64,000 nt of DNA. Source: Patescibacteria group bacterium. GTDB lineage: Bacteria; Patescibacteriota; Patescibacteriia; CAIXNZ01. The DNA lies in contig JAQTMG010000004.1 of assembly GCA_028714455.1 (NCBI GenBank), positions 5,425-69,424 of the forward strand, read 5' to 3'. Within the stretch, counting starts at the first letter, position 1. Each line of letters opens with the position of its first letter. The translations under genes were made by a program, and so were the position numbers. The notes below the pieces were generated by a model, which saw nothing but the letters and a program-made list of their open reading frames with translations, was not told the origin of the DNA and did not search any database. This document shows, in pieces, positions 26,831 to 36,416 of this stretch.

Positions 26831-29800
26831 ATGAAAAATACTGGTAAAAATTTAATAATCTTTTTCCTCGCATTAGCTGTTATAATATTCCCTAATTTGT
26901 CTAAGGCCCAGGCGGCCGATGACCTTTTGCACGAATATATTTTACCAATCAGCTCTTATCAGGATTTGGGCACTGTCGTAGCCAAGAAAGGCGCCGAATG
27001 CGATACGGCCATTCTTTACGATAATCTGGGCACAGGCAGTCCGACAAACTGTGCCGCCTTGAGTCAGAGCGGCGACATAAAAAAAGCCGACAGCGTAAAT
27101 AATTATTTAGAGGTAGATAAACCGGCTGTCGTCTCTTACAGATTTAACATTAAAGAAGCGGGCAACTATATTTTTAAAATTCAGACGGCAAACCTGGCTG
27201 ACAATTTTTCAAATTTTTCCAATCAAGAAATCGATTATCTGCTGCAAGGCGCGAATATCCGTAATTTTATTAAGGAGAACGACGGCCTGGATTCTTCTTT
27301 CGACCAGTACGCCCTGGCCAGAAGTTTAATTTTCAGCGTCTACGTGAACGGCCAGAGAAAAGGCTATGTCATCGTGCCCGACACTGATTTTGCCACGCAG
27401 ATACAGACGGGGATAGTTGAGATAGGTAATCTCCAGCCCGGCGATCAGCAGATTGAATTGCGGTTTTTAAATGACTACAATCTGGATTTTTCCGGTTTGA
27501 CCTTGCCGGATTATTTTAATAATTTTTTAAACGTCGATTTGGATAGAAATAAAATTCTTGACGTAAACCCGATAATTTTCACCGCAGCCGTTGACAGCAT
27601 TTTGCCGATTGAAGACGTAATCGGCATCCGCATTTATTCCAATAACGAGAATAAATATCCAGCGGATTGGTATCGGGATAACGTTTTAAACCCCAACTCG
27701 AACCCGGAGAATGTAATGGTTGATGGTTATCAGGGCGTTTTAGATGGACGAACTGTCTATGTTTCCGCCGCCAATGTCGATATTAATACAGGCAAGATTT
27801 ATACCAATATTTATGTAATTGCTTATAATGAGAACGCCGCGCCGGCCACCACGGAGATATATAAATTAATGCTGGCGAATTTTAATTTTAATACAAATCT
27901 GCAGGTTTTTTATCCCGGGGATTATGTCAAGAAAAAAGATCAATTGAGAAGAGATACAATCAGAAAGGCGGACGTCAACCGTTTGAATCAGCTGCTGGCG
28001 TCTTACCGCCAAAAGAACGGCAGCTTCCCGGCGATGAGCGCGGGAACGTTCGTGCCTGGCCATACGATCTCGACCTGGCCTTCCTGGCAGGCGAATTTAG
28101 GAAACGCGCTTGGTTTTGGTCTGCCCGCGGACCCGTTGAATTATATGTCAACGACGATTTTTCAAAATGATTGCACCGGCAGCAATTCTACTTCTGAAAA
28201 TTGCGCCAATGTCTGCAGTAGGGATGCGAGCAGTAATCCCTTGACCGGTTGTCCGGCCAATCAGCAATGCGTTGATGGACAGTTTTGCTCAATCTGTCCG
28301 CCGGGTTATGACGCCCTAACGTGCTGGGATCAAAATAATTTGAGATTTGCTTTCGAAACCTATAATTCGCAAAATTGCAGCAACACAAATCTGCTGGGCG
28401 CTTTTAATCTCGGAGGAAGCGTGCCGTGTTCTTATGATGGCTCTTTTGTCTACCAATATACCGCCCTAAACGGGGGCAAGGCGTATCTTTTGAATTATCG
28501 CCTGGAATATCAGACCAGCGAAACCTGTCGGCCAGGGCAGTGTTTCAATTCGGAGAACGGCCAGTGTTACAATCCAGGCCAATGCGTTGATCCAATAGCG
28601 CATTCATATTGTCTGGCGGGCAGTCTGCTTTCTTCCTGCGGCGACGGTTTTCTGCAATCTGATTGCGGAGAAGAGTGCGACGGCAAATTGGGTTCTTCCA
28701 ATCTTTGCGCCGACAGCTTTGGCAATCACAATTTTTATACTCCGGTTTCCGGCACCTGCAGCTCGGATTGCAAAATTCAATCAAATACCGGTTTAACGCC
28801 GGCTGATTGCGGCGGTTATTGCGGCGACGCCATTATCCAAAGAGATCACGGAGAGACGTGCGATAATACGAGCGCTTATTGCGTAAACTGTCGCTGTCTT
28901 CCCAATTGCCAGGGCAGGTGCGGAGGCGCAGATGACGGCTGCGGAGGCAAATGTACGGCCAATTGCGGCTCTGGGCAAGTTTGCAGTACAAACGGCAATT
29001 GCGTGCCGCAAGATTGTTCGTTGGTTTGCTCGGGGAAATGCGGCATAGTCAGCACCTGCGACTGCGGCGGCTGCGTCACTGGTCAGGATTGCGTTAAAAA
29101 TACCTGCACAGTTTCGGCTGAACCCCCTTGTGTAGTTAATTGCAATGGCAAAAAGTGCGGTACTGATAATTGCGGCAATGAAAATGGCTGCGGTATTTGC
29201 GGCATCGGCAAAAAATGCGATGGGGCGAGCGGCCAGTGCGTTAGCGATTGCGCGTCGACATGCGTACCCTATAATTTAGAATCAAAAATTTACCCCTGCG
29301 GTTATGATGGCTGCACCAACCGATATGGCTGTTTCTATTTAACCGAAGAAAATAAATATAACACAACTAATACGGCAACTGATTGCCAAACAGATTACAA
29401 ACTGGGCGGTTCGGCTTGGACCTGCAATCAATTTTTGGGTCGCTGTACCTGCGAGCTGTCGCCGACCGATCCTCGCTCCTGCCTAGACAGGTGCTCTGGC
29501 TATGACGGCTGCGGACGCATCTGCGGCGTGTCCGGTCAATGTAAGGAAGGGCCATGCAATACCAACGGCCTAGTGAAACCGGGCGCTGACAAATCAACAT
29601 TAAATAGATGTTTAACTTGTTCCAATTATTGTCAGATCTGGAAGGGCGAGGGAGGCAGTTCAAGTTGTTACGATTATAAGATAGTTACCGTACCTCCATT
29701 TGATTTTGTTGATACCGACGGGACCGGTTATCCAGTGACTGTTTACGTACCAAATAATATAGTAAGCACGGGTATTAGATTTGTCGATAAAGATGACAGA

Positions 29801-30751
29801 ATTAAATTTTTTCCATATTTTGTCGACGTGAACGGTCTGGATGCCGTTAAATCTAACGCGCCGGCGGGTTATTCAAAAGTGCTGGTAAAAATACCGCCCG
29901 GTACTCAAGAGATGCACATGATTTATAATGTCAATCAAAATGTCGCGGCGCGAATAGCCGCCGGAGGTTCAGCCGATGCGCCTCCGGAGACGAATTCGGC
30001 TACTTCAGTATTTGAGCTTTGGGATGATTTTAACGGCACCCTTGATACTTCAAAGTGGACTATACAACAAGGTGATGGTGCTAGCGTAAGAATTGAAGGT
30101 GGTAAGCTACTTATATCGGGGCAAGATACAAGCGCAAATAATGATAGGTTTTTTGGGGTCACAAACGGCAAGGTAATGCAAAATAACACCTTGGTAAAAG
30201 TAGATTTTGCCGAGAGCACTGCTGATGGATTTGTATCTGGTAATTGGAAATCAACAATGGGTTTAAGTGGGTTGAGTCTTAATGCTGAAAGGCAGGAATT
30301 TTGCTGTTGGAATGGCCATGGGCTTTGCGGAGGGGCAATTCAGTGCTGGACCAGCGTAGTTAATAATGGTGGTAGCACTAATCGCTATGTTTCTCGCTGG
30401 GCCTCTTCTGGCGGTTGCGGAGGTAAGCCGACGTGGTGGGTCTGTGAAAAGAAATCTAATTTTCAGAATTATACTGGCCTTCAAGCCGCGACAATATACA
30501 CGATGCTTGATAATAACGGCAAATTAGTTTATAGCGAAAAAAATTTAAACGATCCCTCCAGAACGGTTGTGGATTCACCAGGTTCCCAGACCGTCAGTTT
30601 GCTATTTGGGCCCGATGAATATGGCAGACAGTTTAGCGCCAGTTTTGATAATTTAGTCGCCAGAAAATATATAGAATCAGAACCCGTGGCTACATTAAGC
30701 AATCCCTCGGGCACGAATTGTCCCTCGCAGACCGCGATTCCGTTACCTTGA
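26831..30751 (+). CDS. Large secreted mosaic protein (pseudopilin-like segment, Cys-rich repeats, DUF2341-like tail)
   Basis: Signal peptide (AQA); RDTIRKADV..YRQKNGSFP..LPADP; CGDG..EECD and DGCGG.C repeats; VKIP..IYN..VFELWDDF. Confidence 0.65.
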   Translation: MKNTGKNLIIFFLALAVIIFPNLSKAQAADDLLHEYILPISSYQDLGTVVAKKGAECDTAILYDNLGTGSPTNCAALSQSGDIKKADSVNNYLEVDKPAVVSYRFNIKEAGNYIFKIQTANLADNFSNFSNQEIDYLLQGANIRNFIKENDGLDSSFDQYALARSLIFSVYVNGQRKGYVIVPDTDFATQIQTGIVEIGNLQPGDQQIELRFLNDYNLDFSGLTLPDYFNNFLNVDLDRNKILDVNPIIFTAAVDSILPIEDVIGIRIYSNNENKYPADWYRDNVLNPNSNPENVMVDGYQGVLDGRTVYVSAANVDINTGKIYTNIYVIAYNENAAPATTEIYKLMLANFNFNTNLQVFYPGDYVKKKDQLRRDTIRKADVNRLNQLLASYRQKNGSFPAMSAGTFVPGHTISTWPSWQANLGNALGFGLPADPLNYMSTTIFQNDCTGSNSTSENCANVCSRDASSNPLTGCPANQQCVDGQFCSICPPGYDALTCWDQNNLRFAFETYNSQNCSNTNLLGAFNLGGSVPCSYDGSFVYQYTALNGGKAYLLNYRLEYQTSETCRPGQCFNSENGQCYNPGQCVDPIAHSYCLAGSLLSSCGDGFLQSDCGEECDGKLGSSNLCADSFGNHNFYTPVSGTCSSDCKIQSNTGLTPADCGGYCGDAIIQRDHGETCDNTSAYCVNCRCLPNCQGRCGGADDGCGGKCTANCGSGQVCSTNGNCVPQDCSLVCSGKCGIVSTCDCGGCVTGQDCVKNTCTVSAEPPCVVNCNGKKCGTDNCGNENGCGICGIGKKCDGASGQCVSDCASTCVPYNLESKIYPCGYDGCTNRYGCFYLTEENKYNTTNTATDCQTDYKLGGSAWTCNQFLGRCTCELSPTDPRSCLDRCSGYDGCGRICGVSGQCKEGPCNTNGLVKPGADKSTLNRCLTCSNYCQIWKGEGGSSSCYDYKIVTVPPFDFVDTDGTGYPVTVYVPNNIVSTGIRFVDKDDRIKFFPYFVDVNGLDAVKSNAPAGYSKVLVKIPPGTQEMHMIYNVNQNVAARIAAGGSADAPPETNSATSVFELWDDFNGTLDTSKWTIQQGDGASVRIEGGKLLISGQDTSANNDRFFGVTNGKVMQNNTLVKVDFAESTADGFVSGNWKSTMGLSGLSLNAERQEFCCWNGHGLCGGAIQCWTSVVNNGGSTNRYVSRWASSGGCGGKPTWWVCEKKSNFQNYTGLQAATIYTMLDNNGKLVYSEKNLNDPSRTVVDSPGSQTVSLLFGPDEYGRQFSASFDNLVARKYIESEPVATLSNPSGTNCPSQTAIPLP

Positions 30752-30789
30752 TTAAATTAAAAATTTTTAATAAATAATATTTAACAAAT

Positions 30790-31788
30790 ATGGCAATGTT
30801 TAACCAGCCAAACCAACAAGGAAATTCCGGACAAGCGCCGGCTCCGACCAGAATAGCGCCGCCGCCGATTCGCCCGCCCATGCCGTCTCGAGAACCGGAA
30901 GATATTTTCGCCAATATTCCCTCACGGCAGACAGGGTCAACGGGAGCATCACAGACGCCGACACCGCCCAGAAGAGGGGGTCGTAGGATTGCTTTAGTTT
31001 TTATTATTTTTATCATCATCATTTTGCTGGTGGTGGGCGGAGCACTGGCTTATTTAAGTTTTGTCAGACAACCCGCTGCTCCAGTCGTTAATCTGCCCAA
31101 CATAAACGTTCCGCTAGTAAATCAGAATGCCAATGTGAATCAAAACGTGAATTTGAATGCGCCGATCAATTCGAATGTCAACACGAATGTCAATCAACCG
31201 GTCGCGCCGAGCCTGGGTTACGCAATCGGAATAGATTCGGATAATGATGGCCTGACTAACATCGAAGAAACGCTTTATGGCACGGAGCCAAATAATCCAG
31301 ACACTGATAAGGATGGTTTTTCCGACGGCAGCGAGCTAATCAATCTTTATGACCCGACAAAAGGAGCCGGGGCTTTGTTGGCCAATTCAACGCTAATCAA
31401 GATTTATACAAATTCTAAATTCACTCATTCGATTTTTTATCCGGCGAAATGGTCTGCGGAGGCAAATTCAGATGGTACGCAGACAGTCTTTCAGTCAAGC
31501 GATGAAGAAAACATTAAGGTCAGCGTTCAGAATAATCCCGCCAAGGTCACGCTTTATGAATTTGTGCTGTCCAAAAATCCGACGGCTGATTTGACTCAAT
31601 ACACCAAGACGACCACAAAAGGCGGGTATGACGATCTCGTTAGCCCTGACAAATTGACGCATTTTGTCACGCGGGAAAGCCAAATCGACAAGGTCTATGT
31701 CATTACTTATACTCTGGGCGCCGAAGAGGTGGCTTATTATCTCTCGACTCTACAAATGATGGTTAACAGCTTTAAACTTACTAAATAA
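30790..31788 (+). CDS. Membrane-anchored protein with Asn-rich stalk, DxDxDG Ca-binding repeats and PsbP-like C-terminus
   Basis: Single TM, NxNxN linker, DSDNDGLTNIEE..GT..NPDTDKDGFSDG.E, IFYPAKW. Confidence 0.7.
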   Translation: MAMFNQPNQQGNSGQAPAPTRIAPPPIRPPMPSREPEDIFANIPSRQTGSTGASQTPTPPRRGGRRIALVFIIFIIIILLVVGGALAYLSFVRQPAAPVVNLPNINVPLVNQNANVNQNVNLNAPINSNVNTNVNQPVAPSLGYAIGIDSDNDGLTNIEETLYGTEPNNPDTDKDGFSDGSELINLYDPTKGAGALLANSTLIKIYTNSKFTHSIFYPAKWSAEANSDGTQTVFQSSDEENIKVSVQNNPAKVTLYEFVLSKNPTADLTQYTKTTTKGGYDDLVSPDKLTHFVTRESQIDKVYVITYTLGAEEVAYYLSTLQMMVNSFKLTK

Positions 31789-31814
31789 TTTTTAGCGCAA
31801 GCAATCATAAAATT

Positions 31815-32816
31815 ATGGCCGATCAAAACTTACAGCAGGAAATTTCCAAACCCAAACTCGAACCGTACGAAATCCACACCATGCCAACAAAATATCTGAA
31901 AGCCAATTCTCCCCAAAAAGGCGGTCTTGGCCGAACCATCATTATAATATTGGCAGTTGTTGTTTTTCTCGGTTTGGCGGGTTTTGGCGCCTATTATTTC
32001 TTTACTTTCCTGCAAGGCCAGACCGGCGCACCAGCCATTACAAATTTATCGACGGTTAATTTGAACACGAATGTTAACCAAACGCCGCTCAATGTCAACA
32101 CAGCGCCGACAAATACCGGCCTGGGTTTTGGCAACGAGAATTTAAACTTGGCCACGAACGTTAATCTTTTGCCGGAAGTGAATCTCAACATAAACGCAGG
32201 AATCAATACAAATTCGGCAGGTACCGCGGCGGTTACTTATTTCAGCAGTCTGGATTCGGATAGAGATGGGTTGACTGACGTCGAGGAAGATCTTTACGGC
32301 ACAGAAGTAAATAAGCCGGACACAGACGAGGATGGGTTTATTGATGGTTCTGAATTGGTAAATCTTTTCAACCCCAAAGCGGGTAACGGTTCGCTCTTGG
32401 TTACTTCGGGTCTCATCAACCCTTATGATAATCCGTCATTCAACTACGAAATTTTTTACCCGGCCAAGTGGCTGGCGCGCCCGACCGATCAGAGTTTGAG
32501 AGAAGTAATTTTCCAGTCAGCGACCGATGAATACGTCTCGGTCAGAGTGGCCGATAACGCCAGCAAACTCTCTCTGGTTGATTGGTATGTCAGTCAATTT
32601 GGCAGTGAAGATCTGGGCGCACTCACCCAAAACACTACAAAAAATGGGATGCAAGCGCTGCTCTCGGAGAATAAATTAACGTATTATATGTATTCCGATA
32701 AAACTCCTGATCTTGTTTATGTTATTTCTTATTTTATTGGCAACAGGACACAGGTGAATTTTTCGACCACCTTTCAGATGATGGCAAGCAGTTTCAAAAT
32801 AGTGCCAAAACCCTAG
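31815..32816 (+). CDS. Paralog of 30790-31788
   Basis: DSDRDGLTDVEE..DTDEDGFIDGSE, IFYPAKW, STTFQMMASSFK. Confidence 0.7.
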   Translation: MADQNLQQEISKPKLEPYEIHTMPTKYLKANSPQKGGLGRTIIIILAVVVFLGLAGFGAYYFFTFLQGQTGAPAITNLSTVNLNTNVNQTPLNVNTAPTNTGLGFGNENLNLATNVNLLPEVNLNINAGINTNSAGTAAVTYFSSLDSDRDGLTDVEEDLYGTEVNKPDTDEDGFIDGSELVNLFNPKAGNGSLLVTSGLINPYDNPSFNYEIFYPAKWLARPTDQSLREVIFQSATDEYVSVRVADNASKLSLVDWYVSQFGSEDLGALTQNTTKNGMQALLSENKLTYYMYSDKTPDLVYVISYFIGNRTQVNFSTTFQMMASSFKIVPKP

Positions 32817-32818
32817 CT

Positions 32819-33268
32819 ATGGTTTTGAATTTTTATAATAAAATAAAAGAAAGGCCGCCCGTCAGCAAAGAGAAGGTTAAAAAGATTTTAGCGATGACTG
32901 CTTACGAACTGAAGATTGAAAAAAACTTTGAATTGTCGGTATTATTAGTTGGTCCTAGAGAAATAAAAGACCTGAATAAAAAATATAGACAAAGAGATAA
33001 AGTTACTGATGTTTTATCTTTCAGTCAAAAAGAGGGAGAGAAGATGAAGTTACCCCAAGAAGCTGAAAATTATTTGGGCGATATAGTCATTTGTCTGGCT
33101 CAGGCGAAAAAGCAATCAAAGAATTTCAACTTCACCTTTGCCGAAGAATTTTCTCTACTCCTGATTCATGGTTTTTTACACCTTAATGGTTATGACGATG
33201 AAACTTTAAAAGGATGCAGGCGGATGGAAAAAATTCAAAATAAAGTTCTATCTAGAATTTATGGCTAA
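32819..33268 (+). CDS. ybeY: rRNA maturation factor YbeY
   Basis: LNKKYR..DKVTDVLSF, LGDIVI, IHGFLHLNGYD. Confidence 0.93.
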   Translation: MVLNFYNKIKERPPVSKEKVKKILAMTAYELKIEKNFELSVLLVGPREIKDLNKKYRQRDKVTDVLSFSQKEGEKMKLPQEAENYLGDIVICLAQAKKQSKNFNFTFAEEFSLLLIHGFLHLNGYDDETLKGCRRMEKIQNKVLSRIYG

Positions 33269-33632
33269 ACAAAATAGATTATTAAAAAGTTTTGGCTTCG
33301 CCCTAATCGGTTTGGCTAAAGTATTCAAAGAAGAAAAGAATTTTCAGATACACACGGCCGTAACTCTGATCGTTTTATTTTTCGCCTTTTATTTTCAGAT
33401 CGCCATTTGGCAATGGGTCGTTTTGATTTTAATAATCGCTCTGGTTATGGTTTTAGAGATAATCAACAGTATTTTTGAACGTCTGCTGGATTTGATTAAG
33501 CCGCGCCTCCATGAATACGTCGGCGATATTAAAGACATGACGGCAGCCGCCGTCTTAGTCGGCGCCGTGTCAGCGGCGATTATAGGTTTGATAATTTTTA
33601 TTCCTTATATCGTAGCTAAATTTTTTAGTTAA
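33261..33632 (+). CDS. dgkA: Diacylglycerol/undecaprenol kinase
   Basis: EEKNFQIH, LEIINSIFERLLD, IKDMTAAAV; follows ybeY. Confidence 0.88.
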   Translation: MAKQNRLLKSFGFALIGLAKVFKEEKNFQIHTAVTLIVLFFAFYFQIAIWQWVVLILIIALVMVLEIINSIFERLLDLIKPRLHEYVGDIKDMTAAAVLVGAVSAAIIGLIIFIPYIVAKFFS

Positions 33633-33644
33633 GTTAGATAATTT

Positions 33645-34889
33645 ATGGCACAAGAAGAAATAATAGTTGGTTTGGACATCGGCTCTTCTTCCGTTAAGAT
33701 TGCTATCGCGCAGAGCGTGGCTGAAAATAAAGAGAGGGGTACGAAAATAAACATCGTCGGCGCGGTGGAACAGGTCGCGGAAGGCATTAATCGTGGCGTG
33801 GTGACTAGCATCGAAGACGCCTCACAAAGCGTAGCCAAGGCGCTGGATAAAGCCGAAAAGACTACAGGGTTGCCTATAGCCTCGGCTTACGTTAGTATTT
33901 CAGGCGGTCACATTATCACGCAAATTAGCAAGGGTGTAGTCGCGGTTTCCAAGACGGACGGCGAAGTCAGGCCGGAAGACGTGGAAAGGGCCATCGAAGC
34001 CGCTAAGACCGTCACTACGCCGCCAAACTATGAGATTTTGCACGTCATACCACGCAGCTTCACGGTTGACGGCCAGAGCGGTATTAAAGACCCCGTGGGC
34101 ATGACTGGCGTGCGTCTTGAGGTTGAAACCTATATTATTGAGGGCTTGAGTTCTCAAATAAAGAATTTAACCAAATGCGTTTATCAGACCGGCCTGGATA
34201 TTGAAGATCTTGTCTTGTCCAGCTTGGCCACCAGTGAAGCCGTTTTGACAAACAGGCAAAAAGAATTGGGCGTAGCTGTTATTAACATCGGCGGCGCTAC
34301 TACGAGCTTTGCCGTTTTTGAAGAGGGTGATTTATTATCAACTGGTGTAATACCAATTGGTTCAGAACATATAACTTCTGACATAGCCATTGGTTTAAGA
34401 ACTTCAATTGAAGTTGCTAACGCCGTTAAATTAAAATATGGTATAGCCAGCGCCAGAGAAACAGACAGACGAGAAGAATTTGATTTGCATGAATTCGATG
34501 AAAACGAAGAGGGTATGATTTCCAGAAGGTACTTGGCCGAAATAATAGAAGCCAGGATAGAAGAAATTTTTGAAAAAGTGGATCAGGAATTAAAAAAGAT
34601 AGATCGTAGTGGCTCTCTGCCGGGCGGTTGCGTCTTGACCGGCGGCGGTTCCAAACTACCAAAAATAATTGACGTGTGTAAGAGAAAGCTGCGTCTGCCC
34701 GCCTCGCTCGGTTACCCTTATGATATTATCAGCGTAATTGATAAAGTAAACGATTTGTCTTTCACAACGGCCGTTGGCTTAGTTAAGTGGGGGAATCAAA
34801 TTTCAAAAAATCAAGGCGGCTCAAAATTTAAAAGCGTGACAAACGCAACCAATAAAATGAAAAAGTGGTTTAAATCTCTGATGCCTTAA
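33645..34889 (+). CDS. ftsA: Cell division protein FtsA
   Basis: GLDIGSS, DPVGMTGVRLE, NIGGATT, HITSDIA, LTGGGS. Confidence 0.96.
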   Translation: MAQEEIIVGLDIGSSSVKIAIAQSVAENKERGTKINIVGAVEQVAEGINRGVVTSIEDASQSVAKALDKAEKTTGLPIASAYVSISGGHIITQISKGVVAVSKTDGEVRPEDVERAIEAAKTVTTPPNYEILHVIPRSFTVDGQSGIKDPVGMTGVRLEVETYIIEGLSSQIKNLTKCVYQTGLDIEDLVLSSLATSEAVLTNRQKELGVAVINIGGATTSFAVFEEGDLLSTGVIPIGSEHITSDIAIGLRTSIEVANAVKLKYGIASARETDRREEFDLHEFDENEEGMISRRYLAEIIEARIEEIFEKVDQELKKIDRSGSLPGGCVLTGGGSKLPKIIDVCKRKLRLPASLGYPYDIISVIDKVNDLSFTTAVGLVKWGNQISKNQGGSKFKSVTNATNKMKKWFKSLMP

Positions 34890-34924
34890 AATCGGGTGAA
34901 CACATTATTTGTCCATAAGTGTGT

Positions 34925-34952
34925 AAAAAGCGGTTTACAGCCGCTTCTTTTT
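34925..34952 (+). terminator. Probable terminator/hairpin between ftsA and ftsZ
   Basis: AAGCGGT-TTAC-AGCCGCTTCTTTTT. Confidence 0.5.
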
Positions 34953-34998
34953 GTTCTAAAATATAAGTAAACAATAACTAATTTAAACTTTTAAAAAT

Positions 34999-36168
34999 AT
35001 GGAAATAAAACCAGAGATAGAAACCTTTGCTAAGATAAAAGTAATAGGTGTCGGAGGCAGCGGCGGTTCTACGGTTAATAACATGGTTAACTCCAAAATT
35101 AAAGGAGTTGAATTTGTTAATATCAACACCGATGTTCAGGCCTTGCATCATTCGCAAGCCGCCAAAAAACTCCACATCGGCAAAACTATTACTCGTGGTT
35201 TGGGCGCGGGCATGAATCCGGAACTGGGCGGTAAGGCGGCGGAAGAATCACAAAACGAAATTAGAGAAATCCTAAAAGGAGCTGACATGGTTTTTATAAC
35301 TTGCGGACTTGGCGGCGGTACAGGCAGCGGTGCTTCTCCCTTGATTGCCGAGATAGCCAGAGAGTCAGGCGCTCTGACAGTAGCCGTGGTTACAAAACCA
35401 TTTTCGTTTGAAGGCGCTCAAAGAAAAAATATCGCAGATGCGGCTTGGGGTAATTTAAAAGACAAGGTTGATACTTTAATAACAATTCAAAATGATCGTC
35501 TGCTTCAGATAACAGACAAAAAGACTTCGATGCTTGAAGCTTTTTCAATCGCCGATGATATTTTAAAGCAAGCGATTTCTGGACTTTCGGAAATTATCAC
35601 CGTGCCCGGCAGAATTAACGTTGACTTTGCCGATGTCAAAGCGATAATGTCCGGCCAGGGTACTGCCTTGATGGGGCTTGGTCAGTCTAGCGGTGAAAAT
35701 AGAGCGATCGAAGCTGCCAAGGCAGCCATCTCCAGTCCGCTTTTGGAACTTTCAATGGATGGCGCCAAAGGAGTTCTATTTATTATCTCTGGCAGTTCGG
35801 ATTTGAGCATGCACGAGGTTCACGAGGCGGCCAAAATTATTACTAGTTCGGCCGATTCCGACGCCAAGGTTATTTGGGGAGCCGTGATTGATGATAAACT
35901 GGGCGACGTGGCTAAGATTACAGTAATTGCCACTGGTTTTGAAGGAAAAAGCCTGAAAGGCAAAGAAGCAGAAACAAAGATTTTCACCAAGGAAGCCAAC
36001 ATTTATAAACCAAATCAATTTTTATCAGAAAATTCCAGAAAAGAGGATAATGAAGAAATTAAACCAAAAAAGAAAATCAGAGATGATTACAAAATTCAGC
36101 AACCGACTAAAGAGGCAGAAGAAGACATTGACATCCCGGCTTTCATTCGAAAAAAAATGGATAAATAA
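34999..36168 (+). CDS. ftsZ: Cell division protein FtsZ
   Basis: GVGGSGG, NTDVQAL, GGGTGSG, NVDFADV, DIPAFIRK tail. Confidence 0.98.
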   Translation: MEIKPEIETFAKIKVIGVGGSGGSTVNNMVNSKIKGVEFVNINTDVQALHHSQAAKKLHIGKTITRGLGAGMNPELGGKAAEESQNEIREILKGADMVFITCGLGGGTGSGASPLIAEIARESGALTVAVVTKPFSFEGAQRKNIADAAWGNLKDKVDTLITIQNDRLLQITDKKTSMLEAFSIADDILKQAISGLSEIITVPGRINVDFADVKAIMSGQGTALMGLGQSSGENRAIEAAKAAISSPLLELSMDGAKGVLFIISGSSDLSMHEVHEAAKIITSSADSDAKVIWGAVIDDKLGDVAKITVIATGFEGKSLKGKEAETKIFTKEANIYKPNQFLSENSRKEDNEEIKPKKKIRDDYKIQQPTKEAEEDIDIPAFIRKKMDK

Positions 36169-36179
36169 AATATAAAATA

Positions 36180-36209
36180 AAAAATCTTCCGGTCGTCGGA
36201 AGATTTTTT
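36180..36209 (+). terminator. Intrinsic terminator
   Basis: AAAAATCTTCCG-GTCGT-CGGAAGATTTTTT. Confidence 0.75.
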
Positions 36210-36309
36210 AATTAAAAATATATATTTTTTATCCACAGCTTTTTTACGACACTCACGAAAAGTAAATTTTTTAGGGTTAAAGTGGGACTCGGATAAAAAA
36301 ATAGTCGAG

Positions 36310-36365
36310 TTGACAAACACAATATCTAGTATAAAATTAATATTAGGATACACTAAATATTGTGT
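36310..36365 (+). promoter_or_regulatory. nrd operon promoter with two NrdR boxes
   Basis: TTGACA at 36310. ACACAATATCTAGTAT (36317-36332) and ACACTAAATATTGTGT (36350-36365) match the acaCwAtATaTwGtgt consensus and start 33 bp apart. Confidence 0.85.
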
Positions 36366-36416
36366 CTTTAATTTTAGAGCAAAGTCATTTGCTAAGTTGT
36401 TTTGCTCCCTAAAAAT

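Noticed and set aside
36229-36237. DnaA box TTATCCACA
   Set aside because: Single copy; not enough to call oriC or regulation
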